A stretch of DNA of 64,000 bases from IMG/VR virus record IMGVR_UViG_3300049570_000094, one strand, 5' to 3'. The notes under the pieces are model-generated. The model was given only the letters and a program-made list of their open reading frames with translations, had not been told where the DNA came from and searched no databases. Numbering within the stretch: the stretch's first letter is position 1; the number at the start of each line of letters is the position of its first letter. A program made the position numbers and the translations under genes. Source of the DNA: an uncultured virus (IMG/VR IMGVR_UViG_3300049570_000094). Its lineage: Duplodnaviria > Heunggongvirae > Uroviricota > Caudoviricetes. Positions 46,657 through 56,400 of this stretch are shown here, in pieces.

Positions 46657-47995
46657 ATCGTGTCAGCGATTTTTGATACGAGAAATAATCGACCAGCATC
46701 GAGACAGGACCGCTCAGTCCGAGCAAGCCTCCGTTCGATGTAGATTCCAAACGGAAGAACGGACGGATATTAGCCGTAGTAGGAAGATTAGCATTGGTGT
46801 GTCCGCCTAGATTTGCAGTAAGAAAAACATTTCCGTCCTCGTCTAGTCCGTACATGATTGCAGTAGTGTTTCCTGTGCCGGTACGAATCATGGTCACTCG
46901 ATACCAAGTATTCGCAATAATTGGAATAGTCGATGGCGCGCCTACAGTTGGCGGCGCATAAACTGCCGAGGAAGTTGCGTAAGAACGAACAATATTCGGT
47001 TCGCCGGCATTCTGATTGAAAGGACGGATTCCAAATCCATATTCCGCAACAGCTCCTGCATATCCAGAAGTCAATCCGAATCGAAGATTGAATTCTCCCG
47101 CTGCAAGCCCCGATCCTCCCATCTTAAAAAGAACATCCAAAATCGTTGAGCCTGTTGCAGCTAAACGATAAGGAAAGTATTCAGTAACTCCCGGTGTGCT
47201 TACCGGATAAAAGCATCCAGCATCTAAAACAGCAATATCACCGCTGGAATAAACAGTAAGTTCCGCTAATCCCGGATGCGATTCGAGGTTTGTTCCCGGA
47301 TACCGAGACAGAATGTTGTTGACTTGTGCAGCGCAATTGACAGACGCGTTGCCAGAGACAACCGGATTAAATCGATAGCCTCTGTTCTTAGTTACGCCTG
47401 TGCCAGTCACACTGTTATACATGATTTCTTTCGGGGACAGCGCTGCGCCGTACGCAATGAAGTCGTCTTTGAACGACTGCATACGATTCGCAGGAGAAAT
47501 TAGCATCAGATTGTTTCGCGCTACTTCGGCCGTTGTCGCTCCCGTACCGCCGTTCATTGCTGCAACGGTTCCGGCTGGAACAACTGAGTTACCGCAGACC
47601 TGCAAAATCCAATCGTCAACGACTTCGAACGTAAGACCGGAAAATTTACCGACAGAAGAAACCAGCGACGACAGCGTAACTTCAACTGTGGTACCAAGAA
47701 TCTGAGTGATGTTCGAAATCACTCCATACATTCGATGCTTTAACGGCTTCGATTGGGAGAACAAGCAAACAGCGCTCCCAATATATGCAGACGACAAAAG
47801 AGCCGATTCGCTCGGATTATTATTTACAACTCGATACACGGTGTCAGAGACAACAGAGACAACCTGAAATTGCCAGCGCTCGGCCATCATCTGAAACACG
47901 TCACCTAGAAGGTTCTCTAAAGAGCGGCCGTAGTTGTCCGGACCGAAATCGGTATCCTGATAAGTCTTGCCGTTTATTTCGATTGAAAATGCCAT
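46655..47995 (-). CDS. Distal tail / receptor-binding protein, paralog 3
   Basis: End of tail operon; NGGTGAT motif; beta-rich C-terminus. Confidence 0.75.
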   Translation of the reverse strand: MAFSIEINGKTYQDTDFGPDNYGRSLENLLGDVFQMMAERWQFQVVSVVSDTVYRVVNNNPSESALLSSAYIGSAVCLFSQSKPLKHRMYGVISNITQILGTTVEVTLSSLVSSVGKFSGLTFEVVDDWILQVCGNSVVPAGTVAAMNGGTGATTAEVARNNLMLISPANRMQSFKDDFIAYGAALSPKEIMYNSVTGTGVTKNRGYRFNPVVSGNASVNCAAQVNNILSRYPGTNLESHPGLAELTVYSSGDIAVLDAGCFYPVSTPGVTEYFPYRLAATGSTILDVLFKMGGSGLAAGEFNLRFGLTSGYAGAVAEYGFGIRPFNQNAGEPNIVRSYATSSAVYAPPTVGAPSTIPIIANTWYRVTMIRTGTGNTTAIMYGLDEDGNVFLTANLGGHTNANLPTTANIRPFFRLESTSNGGLLGLSGPVSMLVDYFSYQKSLTR

Positions 47996-47999
47996 CGAA

Positions 48000-49220
48000 T
48001 TATCTCGAAAGAGTTTTACGAACGTCCAGCGTGTCAATAAACAGACCTTTCGCTGACCGACTAGTTGTTAAAGCGATTTCAAATGCCGGATACATCAAAT
48101 CGCGCTGATCCTGAGTTCCGTTAGGAAGAGTGCCAGTGTAGGTTGCAGCGTACACGTCATTAACGTAGAAATCGCACTGTGTTCCTTCCTGATCCGTTTC
48201 AAATGCAAGACGGCAATTCTTTCCAGTAGTCAAGCCTTGCGCAATGCGTACTAGCTTTTCTCGATAAACAGCGCCATGCGTACCGACAACAAGATTCAGA
48301 TATCCGCCATAAACCGGATTTAGTTCGAAACCAATTCCTGAATATCCGAAGATATTGTTCGTACGACTTGAGCCTTCGCCTTTCAGGCCCATTCGATAAA
48401 TCATCTTGCCATCATAGTCTGCGCGGATTACACATTCATAACGAAGCGCGCCTTTGCCTGTAGAAATCGAGCCGCGATCACCCCACGAAGCAATTGCACT
48501 CTGCAATGAAGCCTGATCCATGCACAGACAGATACCGCCAGCCGTTTTGTTAGGAGCGCCTTCGGTTAAATTCGAAGGATTAAGAGTGCGGTCTATGCAG
48601 TTGTAAAGAAACCAAGGCGTATTTTGTTGGTTATCACAATTTGGCGCATTCGTTCCAGTTGCATTCATTCCTCTCGGAACAATAAAGCATTCCTCATAAA
48701 TAGGAATCATCGCGTCCCAAAGTGACGAGCCTTCGCCTGCCTGTGCGCTACCAAATACAGAGCTAAGGTCTGCTCCATTACGAGAGAATGTACCGCCTGC
48801 TCCGGTCCCTCCGAACAGTGGATCGAACGCGCTAATAAGCGCTTTCATATCTGCACTCTCTCCGATCTTTGCAATAGCGGTTGTTCCCGTACCGCCGTTT
48901 GTTGCCGCGTCGATCGTCGCCGTCATTATGCCTGTGACCGGATTAAACGCGGTCACGGTTCCAGTCATAACGCTGGCGAAGCCTACACCAGTGCAAACGA
49001 TATAGTCGCCGACTTCGAAAAGGCAGCCTTGCAATCCGGTTAGAGACTTTCCCGCGCCGACAGTGAACGTCGGTGCGTTAGAAAGATTAGTACCGTACTT
49101 GTTCGTCACCTGACGAATAAGCTGTTCAATCGCGTCCGGAATACCAGCCAAGTAATTCATTCCGACGAAATTCGTCAGATCGAAATCCTCGCCATTCAAA
49201 GTGAAAGGATAAAGACTCAT
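48000..49220 (-). CDS. Distal tail / receptor-binding protein, paralog 2
   Basis: Shares N-terminal pattern and GGTGA with neighbours. Confidence 0.75.
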   Translation of the reverse strand: MSLYPFTLNGEDFDLTNFVGMNYLAGIPDAIEQLIRQVTNKYGTNLSNAPTFTVGAGKSLTGLQGCLFEVGDYIVCTGVGFASVMTGTVTAFNPVTGIMTATIDAATNGGTGTTAIAKIGESADMKALISAFDPLFGGTGAGGTFSRNGADLSSVFGSAQAGEGSSLWDAMIPIYEECFIVPRGMNATGTNAPNCDNQQNTPWFLYNCIDRTLNPSNLTEGAPNKTAGGICLCMDQASLQSAIASWGDRGSISTGKGALRYECVIRADYDGKMIYRMGLKGEGSSRTNNIFGYSGIGFELNPVYGGYLNLVVGTHGAVYREKLVRIAQGLTTGKNCRLAFETDQEGTQCDFYVNDVYAATYTGTLPNGTQDQRDLMYPAFEIALTTSRSAKGLFIDTLDVRKTLSR

Positions 49221-49223
49221 TAC

Positions 49224-50447
49224 TTAGCCTCTCGGACTGCCAAAGAAAGTTTTTACGTGAACGTAATCAAGATAACCATTAACGTTCGGAGTACCTACAG
49301 AACCGAATCCAAACGAAGGCATGTACAAATCGTTTACCAAGTCCAACGTAGTACCGGACAGAGCGATTGTCGCAGCCAGAGTTCCATTAACGGTGTAAAC
49401 CAAATTAGCACCGTCGTTAGTAACTCTAAGCTTGTACCATGTATTTGCTGCCGGAATTACTGCCGTAGTAATTACATCGGCAACACCGTTTGCATTCGCA
49501 ATGAATCTTGCAGCCAGACTATATTTCAACGTGAAACCGAATCCAGCGAACACGTCATGCTCGCCAAGATTTCTCGTCACACCTAGAGCGTAGTTGTAGT
49601 TAGCCACGTTCGTAGGAAGTGTTGGAACAAGGATGCAGAATTCAATAAACGATCCAGCTCCCGAAAACGTAGTTCCCATTTTTCCAATGGTGCCGTTTCC
49701 ATAGGCAAATTGAAATCCGTTTACTCCGCCAGAAGGATTCGTAATGATTTGACCGGGATGTTCTTCTGGACTTGTAGCTGACAATCCTAAAGTAAAGTCA
49801 TTAGTGGTATTGTTTTGCCACTCATAGAGATCATTAAATTCTTCTCCGTGTGTGAAGTCACAAAAGAAATCTGCTACGTCAGAAACATTGTGCGCGCCTA
49901 GATTCTTCTGAGCGTCCCGTTCATTGTTTGCACCCGTACCGCCATTTACAACTGTCTGCGGAATTCCTGAACTGACATATCGAGAGCCGAAAATAGTTAC
50001 TCGGGCATTTACAGTGGAAATCTTATTGGCTTCAATCGTGCCTTGGTCTAAACCGTAATTAATCGCATAGGCATAAAACTTTAATTTGCCAGTCACTTCG
50101 TCATAGTCAATGACACGCGCAGCAATTAATGTTCTAGTTAATCCAGTCGCTACACGGTTATAGATACGAATATCCGCTCCCGGCAGAAATGCTCGTCCGG
50201 GTTTCGCATAAACCGTCTGATAACCTTTTGCAATATAGACGTATGGTTTTGGCGTATTACGCGGATCGGGGGAGCGTCCGTATAGCGTCACGTCCAGCGT
50301 CGTGCGCAGATCGCTCCACGTTGTTTTGTACGTCTGATTGCCAACGGCCTTCATAATGTCCGGAAAACCGGACAAGTAATTCGTGCCGACAAGATCGTTT
50401 GAACTGAAAATTCGTTCGTCAAATTCCAGAGGAAGTCCGTATGTCAT
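49224..50447 (-). CDS. Distal tail / receptor-binding protein, paralog 1
   Basis: NGGTGA; lectin-like ANTWYKL...VNG C-terminus. Confidence 0.75.
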   Translation of the reverse strand: MTYGLPLEFDERIFSSNDLVGTNYLSGFPDIMKAVGNQTYKTTWSDLRTTLDVTLYGRSPDPRNTPKPYVYIAKGYQTVYAKPGRAFLPGADIRIYNRVATGLTRTLIAARVIDYDEVTGKLKFYAYAINYGLDQGTIEANKISTVNARVTIFGSRYVSSGIPQTVVNGGTGANNERDAQKNLGAHNVSDVADFFCDFTHGEEFNDLYEWQNNTTNDFTLGLSATSPEEHPGQIITNPSGGVNGFQFAYGNGTIGKMGTTFSGAGSFIEFCILVPTLPTNVANYNYALGVTRNLGEHDVFAGFGFTLKYSLAARFIANANGVADVITTAVIPAANTWYKLRVTNDGANLVYTVNGTLAATIALSGTTLDLVNDLYMPSFGFGSVGTPNVNGYLDYVHVKTFFGSPRG

Positions 50448-51329
50448 TTAGATAGCCTCATCAATGGTCATGGACGTTCCCATGCGATTGAAGAACGTAT
50501 GCTCGGAAGCGTCTACTTCGGTCAGATTACCGAAGCAGGATTCGAAGAACCAAGTCTCAGGATCAAGCGGCTGCAAAATGCAAAGCACTTGTCCCTTCTT
50601 GCCTGTACGCAAATGAATCGGACCAAAGATATTGAACAGCAATTCTTTGATCGGAAGAATTTCGAACTGCATGTAGATCGACTTGCGTTTGACAATACGG
50701 CCATAATGACGAACGCCTGAGCGCGATTCTTTTTCTTCTGTTTTGTCGATCGGAATCAGCTTCGCACCGTAGCTGATATTCATTGATGGCTGGTAGCCGT
50801 AACTATCCCAAAGACGTGCGATCGTAGGATAGTCATTATTCGTCGGATCGGAAATATCAATACGCATGTAACGGCCGATCACTGCATCAGTGTATGGCAG
50901 CATGGAGTGTCGATTAAATCCGATCGGCGTATTCTGTACGTATTCCTCAATTGATCCGCCCCAAGCAAACTCGCCCCAAGGCAAGAATCCATAACCCGAG
51001 ATAGGCGGAAACATCGTCATTTCGTCGGTGTCAAACACCGGAGCATCGACGCTCGGATCGCCATCCCAAATTCGAATTCTCCATGTGCCTGCATGCGTAA
51101 GATTGTGCTTGAGCATCGCAGAAAGAGAAATTGTACGCTGCTTTTGAAAATCCAGAAGCACCCATGTTTTAGCAGGGTCCGCCGTACTGAATTTAGCTGG
51201 CAAGTACATTTCCGGGGTCAGCAAGTTCGTAAGAGGAAAACCGGAAACTCCGGTATCTCCTGTATCGATAATCTGTGCGACCGATTCATAAGCGTTCGCA
51301 CCGATAATCATGTTCTGATTCAAACTCAT
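50448..51329 (-). CDS. Tail tip protein
   Basis: Position; WGEFAWGG, RYMRIDISD. Confidence 0.75.
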   Translation of the reverse strand: MSLNQNMIIGANAYESVAQIIDTGDTGVSGFPLTNLLTPEMYLPAKFSTADPAKTWVLLDFQKQRTISLSAMLKHNLTHAGTWRIRIWDGDPSVDAPVFDTDEMTMFPPISGYGFLPWGEFAWGGSIEEYVQNTPIGFNRHSMLPYTDAVIGRYMRIDISDPTNNDYPTIARLWDSYGYQPSMNISYGAKLIPIDKTEEKESRSGVRHYGRIVKRKSIYMQFEILPIKELLFNIFGPIHLRTGKKGQVLCILQPLDPETWFFESCFGNLTEVDASEHTFFNRMGTSMTIDEAI

Positions 51330-51330
51330 C

Positions 51331-53487
51331 TTAACCCCATACGTCGAATTGAATTTCGTTGGAATCGGTGTCGTAGACTTTTCCGATCACTTTGAAATCG
51401 TCTCCGTCTTGCATCTGGAAACGATCCGTTTGAATTGTGATCGTATCGCCAAGATTGATTCGCATACCATCTTTCAGTGCGACAGTGAACGTAAACCGTT
51501 CAACATCAGACTTTAGCATGGTAAGGCGTCGCTGCGCTTCCTGAGAAGGAGTCAGACCGACGCAGTATTCTTGTAAATAAATATTGTCCAGAATATGCGT
51601 GTTAGACGCACCGACAATATGATTGATAACTTTCAGAGTAATGTGATATTTGCCGTTACTATCATTATTAAAGTCTGAAAGGTTCAACTCAGTACCAATA
51701 GAAATATCGAACTGATCGTCATCCATCGTATTGTCAATGACGATAGATGCAATCGTGCCTGCCCCGTTAATGAGTGAGACTTCTACGTTGTTTCCGGCAA
51801 CGCTAGTAAATCCGAAACGGAATCTTCCGGGAGCGATCGCCGAGCCCGGATAGGTCAAGTCTTGTGAGACGCCTGCTTTAGTCGCAGCTCCCGGAGTTAA
51901 CAAAAGCTGTCCATTTGCATTAATTGTGGCTGTTGCAGGAGCAACGCTAATGTCGGTCCATGTTTCATTTAGTGGTTGCGAGAAATCCCATCCGGTAACC
52001 GTTGCGCGCTGGCCTTCAACAAGAACGGTATCGAATGTCAGGCTCGGTGCGGACGGATGATACTCAAGGATTCCGTCATCCGTAGCTGTAGCGCTGCGAT
52101 ACTCGCCTGCCAAAAACAATCGGTAGTATTTCTCTACCGATTGCAAAGACTGACCGAGATTCAGAGTTTTCCAGTTCTTCGTGTGTCGAATCGTAACCTG
52201 ATGACATGGAATGCCCCGGTTATCGTCTCCGGTTTGAACGCGTTGCAGCGTTCCTTCTTCAATGTAGTCATCAGTGAAAGTGAAAACCGAATCAGCATGA
52301 TCCGGCAAATCAATTCGACCGAACCGGAACATATTGTTCTGATCCGTAGCGATCCATCCGCCTACGCTAGAAACCAAAGCGTTGACAAGATCAATCACTT
52401 TTTCCTTATCAAGAACACAGATACCAAGAGGCGCAGGATTCTTTTGCGCGATATGAATAAGGTCAGCAGTAGAATAATCCACTCCTGCGTCATAATTCAT
52501 CAAGTCTACTAGCAGATTAGAAACTACGGTGGAAATGTTGTTATTCTGAATCGGGAGTGTGTCGATATCTGCGACGACTTCTCCGAGTGGAGGCGTGCCG
52601 AATTTGAACAAGCCTTCCGCTAGACACGTATCAAAGAATCCCGCAGCCGTGGTTGCCGCAAGCAGCGCTACAGAGTCCTCATAATCGCGTCCGTAAGCAA
52701 TCGTGACTCCTTGATCGGTTGCCCGGCTGACCGAATAAATCGGTTTGCGATTTCCGAATACATCAAAGTTCGATGCGTAGATTGACTTGCCGGAATTCAC
52801 CAGCACCAGCGGAAAGCTGTAGACGCGGCCGAAAATAATCGGCTTCGTCGTTCCGTACAAATTCTCTTCGCCGTCCAGACGGTTTACGTAGTCCTCGCCC
52901 CACGGCGGCGGATCGGTAATTCCGTCCGTGCCCGCTGGCGGCGGCGGATTATCCGGAGGCGGTTCGCCGTAGTCTCCGAGAATGGGATCACCCGGACCTA
53001 GACCCGCATACAAAGCATCCGGCAGACCGCCTTTGAAGAACTTGGTCTGTGCTTGCACGTCCAGTTCTTTCAATTTGTTCTTGACGTGGAAAACCGCTTT
53101 GTCAACAGAGATTTCCGGATAATCCTGTGTGCCCGAGAAAATCAAATTATCGAGCGTAAGCAGCTCGTCCACCGAGTCAATGTAGTACACCTTCACTCGA
53201 CGTCCATCGAATCCATAGAAACGATATTTGTCGAAAAAACCATCGGTGTTATCGGCTTCAATATCTCCGACACCGATATCGGCTTGTCCAAATACCGATC
53301 CGTCTTTGAACAAGTTTTGCTTGAACAAAAAGTTCTTTGCCAAATACGGATACGCCGGACTACTCATTACTGTGTAGGCCGGTGCATCCGTGATTAGCAG
53401 TTCGGTAATCTCGCCCGTAGCCGGGTTAATGTTTTCGAGCGAGACTACCTGATAACCGCCGCGTTTTTCGCTAGGTGTTTGACTCAT
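51331..53487 (-). CDS. Tail tip / hub protein
   Basis: Directly after the tape measure; KPIIFG, TCLAEG, LGDTI motifs. Confidence 0.8.
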   Translation of the reverse strand: MSQTPSEKRGGYQVVSLENINPATGEITELLITDAPAYTVMSSPAYPYLAKNFLFKQNLFKDGSVFGQADIGVGDIEADNTDGFFDKYRFYGFDGRRVKVYYIDSVDELLTLDNLIFSGTQDYPEISVDKAVFHVKNKLKELDVQAQTKFFKGGLPDALYAGLGPGDPILGDYGEPPPDNPPPPAGTDGITDPPPWGEDYVNRLDGEENLYGTTKPIIFGRVYSFPLVLVNSGKSIYASNFDVFGNRKPIYSVSRATDQGVTIAYGRDYEDSVALLAATTAAGFFDTCLAEGLFKFGTPPLGEVVADIDTLPIQNNNISTVVSNLLVDLMNYDAGVDYSTADLIHIAQKNPAPLGICVLDKEKVIDLVNALVSSVGGWIATDQNNMFRFGRIDLPDHADSVFTFTDDYIEEGTLQRVQTGDDNRGIPCHQVTIRHTKNWKTLNLGQSLQSVEKYYRLFLAGEYRSATATDDGILEYHPSAPSLTFDTVLVEGQRATVTGWDFSQPLNETWTDISVAPATATINANGQLLLTPGAATKAGVSQDLTYPGSAIAPGRFRFGFTSVAGNNVEVSLINGAGTIASIVIDNTMDDDQFDISIGTELNLSDFNNDSNGKYHITLKVINHIVGASNTHILDNIYLQEYCVGLTPSQEAQRRLTMLKSDVERFTFTVALKDGMRINLGDTITIQTDRFQMQDGDDFKVIGKVYDTDSNEIQFDVWG

Positions 53488-56400
53488 TGCTTTTTATTCA
53501 ACCGCTGTTCGCGACGGAATTTCGCCGCTTCTTCTGATTGCTGATTGAGCATTCCGGAAAGCTTCGTTGTCTGCTTTGCAAGAGTTTCGTGCATGGCCGC
53601 AATTTCCTCACACATACGCGTCATTTCTTCCGCAGCAGCCTTGGTCGCTTGCGCAGTCGCAGCCGAAGTCTCGGCCGTTGCCGTCGCAGTCGCAGCGTTC
53701 CTGTTTCCTTCTTCCTCTGCGTAGTCTGACGTATCGGCCGAACTTTCACCATACAGGTCACTGGCATCGAACGATTCGACAAAGAAACCCTGCGCCATTG
53801 CTTGCATCGCTTCGGTATCGAATTCGACTGTGGCGGACGCTCCCGCTGCTTGCGCTGAATTCGTCCCCTGAGCAATGTTTTTCAGCTCGCGCACGATCGG
53901 ACCATCTTCGCCGGTATTGTCAGCAACGTCCTGCATTGCTTCATTTCCGGTTGCGATAGTTCCATTCAAATCATCAAGCGTTGTCGCGCCCGTTCCAGTT
54001 ACCGACAAACCAACATCTGCAAGTACCGGAGCAAGAGCGGCCTGTACGTCTGCCGGGAGCGTACTTACGTATGTAGAAAGGGCTCCTGTATTTGTGTTTA
54101 ATTCTTCGTTATCACCTGAATTTCGAATAGCTTCGAGATAATCTTTAAGTTGATCTTTGATATCAGACGGAAGGTCAGGAATTGAATCGAATCCGTCTTG
54201 CAGAGCATCCGCAATTCCTCCGGACATGGTATGCACGTCGAATCCCATGTTCGTAAGCAGCGTGACGATATCAATGCCGAGTGCGTGCGACATTTGACCA
54301 AGCAGCGCCATCGACGCCGGATCGAGAGACGTAATCGCAACGCCATTATTCCATGCCGTCACAAGATCGGTCATGGTAATTCCCGCCGCGCCCATTAAAT
54401 CAATTACAGATACACCAAGCGATGCAGCAACGGCTGCAAGCTGTCCCGGAGTATCCGTTGTCAGCGTAGAGATATCGACACCCATTCCTTTCAAAAGATC
54501 GGTCACAGGAATATTTGCGATTTGCAATGCTTCCAGTACATTAATACCTAGAGTGTCGGCCATAGTATTCAGAGCATCAAGATTGCCAGCGATAATATCG
54601 TCAGCCTTAACTCCAAAATACGCAGCAATTTCGTCACCTTTTGCGCCTAGCATAGTCAGCAAATCCGGAATACTGACACCAAGTGCTTGTGCCATAACTT
54701 GCAAGTTTGCGAACGTGTCGTCGTTTAGATGATTGATATCTACCCCGAGAGAATCAGCCAACTCGCCGATAGTAACTCCGTATGATTTCATCAAATCAAG
54801 AATGTCTGCTCCGGTTGCAATATGCAACTGACCGATATCCTGCGCAATTTGCAAAGCAAGTTGGAAACGTTCGGCTTCGGTTAGCTGAGTAGTCTGCGCC
54901 CCTCCGCTATCTCCACCAGAACTTTCTGGGGGCTTCGGAATAGCTTCGAATGCGGTTTGCGCATCTTTTAGAGCCTGCGTGACTTCATTGAAAATCTGCG
55001 AATAGTCAACACCACTTCCGTAGTATTGTTGCGCGAGTTCTAGATAGTCCTGCGCAGCGCCAGCAAGATTCTGCATCGCTTCCGGATCGCCTCCGAGAGC
55101 GGCTTGCAAAGTCTGTTGATAGATATCTCGCGCATTCTCCATCCGTCCCTGCACATTTTGCGGAGACAAATCACCGATATTCAACTGGTCCAGCAGTTCC
55201 TTGATTTGCTTAATTGCGTCCTGCGCAGCTTCGTATTTGTCTTGCTCGGCCTGCCTCTCCGCTTCAATATTGCTCATCTGCGCATCGTGAGCGGACTGCT
55301 GTGCAGCTTGCACGTCTCTGCCTTGCTGACCATGAAATTGCTTAATAAGGTCAGTCAGCTCAGCTTTTAGCTGCCCCATGAGCTGCGCAATTTGATAGGT
55401 AGCGAGTTTACGAATTCTGTTGAGCTGATCTTCGCTTGCACCCAACGCCCGCGCCTGACGTATGTTCTCTTCCATCTGGCGATTCACGGCTTCCATTTGA
55501 TGCGTGTACGTTCGGCCTTCGAACTGCGCCATCTGTTCGTCAATTCCGAACATGAAATCGCTCAAAGCGTCTTTCAGTTTTTTAACCTGACTAAATGCTT
55601 CGGCAACACGAAGCCAATCCGCTGCCTCAGCAGAAGTCATATTCGGGAGCATCTTCTGGAACGCTTCCGCAAATTGATCGGCCGTAGTGTTCATGCTAAG
55701 ACCGATACTGCCTAGCAAAGCCTTTAGTCTAGTATCAGCTTGCTCCATCGCGTACTGCCCGGTATTAAACGCAATACCAAACGTATCGCTGAAATCTTGC
55801 ATTATCTGCTGTGCAGCTTGCAGACCGCCTAGTGAATTCACTAGGTCTGCGGACCACTCAACGTATTCTTCGCGAGTCTTGTTAAGATTCGCGCCCATTG
55901 GTCCGAGCGTTTCATTGACGAGATTTACCGACCCAATAATGCGCGTGTACGCATCTGACAAAGATTCGTCAGCATTCTTTAACTTGACGATCGTATCAAA
56001 CGTTTTTTGCAGAGCATCATCACCTTGAAAAAGACCGACGTTGCCCTTGATATCCATATAAGCATCGGTCATGGCCTTGCCTGCATCACTTACTGCTTCT
56101 GCGTATTTGTCCGCGTCATCAATGAAATTGTTAGTGTAGGCAGTGATATCCACGCCGACTTGTTTAAGGACAGCGATGATATTTTCCGCACCAAGACGCT
56201 CCGCGAATTGCTCCTGCGTCTCGTCCTTGTATTCCTTTCCATTGATCGTCGTTGTTGAAGTTGTTGGATTTCCTTTTTTATCAAACGACTGCACGAAAGT
56301 ACCGCCTACGATATCTCCCATTTCAACGCCGAATATTTTTGCGAATTGATCGCGTCCTTTCTTAATGGCATTGAAAAAATCATCGGCTGCTTTCTGAGCC

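Noticed and set aside
49462..49484. AATTAC...GTAATT inverted repeat in a tail gene, and GTAATTAC at about 14905
   Set aside because: Inside coding sequence, wrong spacer length and no adjacent SD; probably chance
46655..50447. Diversity-generating retroelement or invertible tail-fibre cassette
   Set aside because: No reverse transcriptase or invertase, and no near-identical nucleotide repeats; the paralogs share only protein motifs
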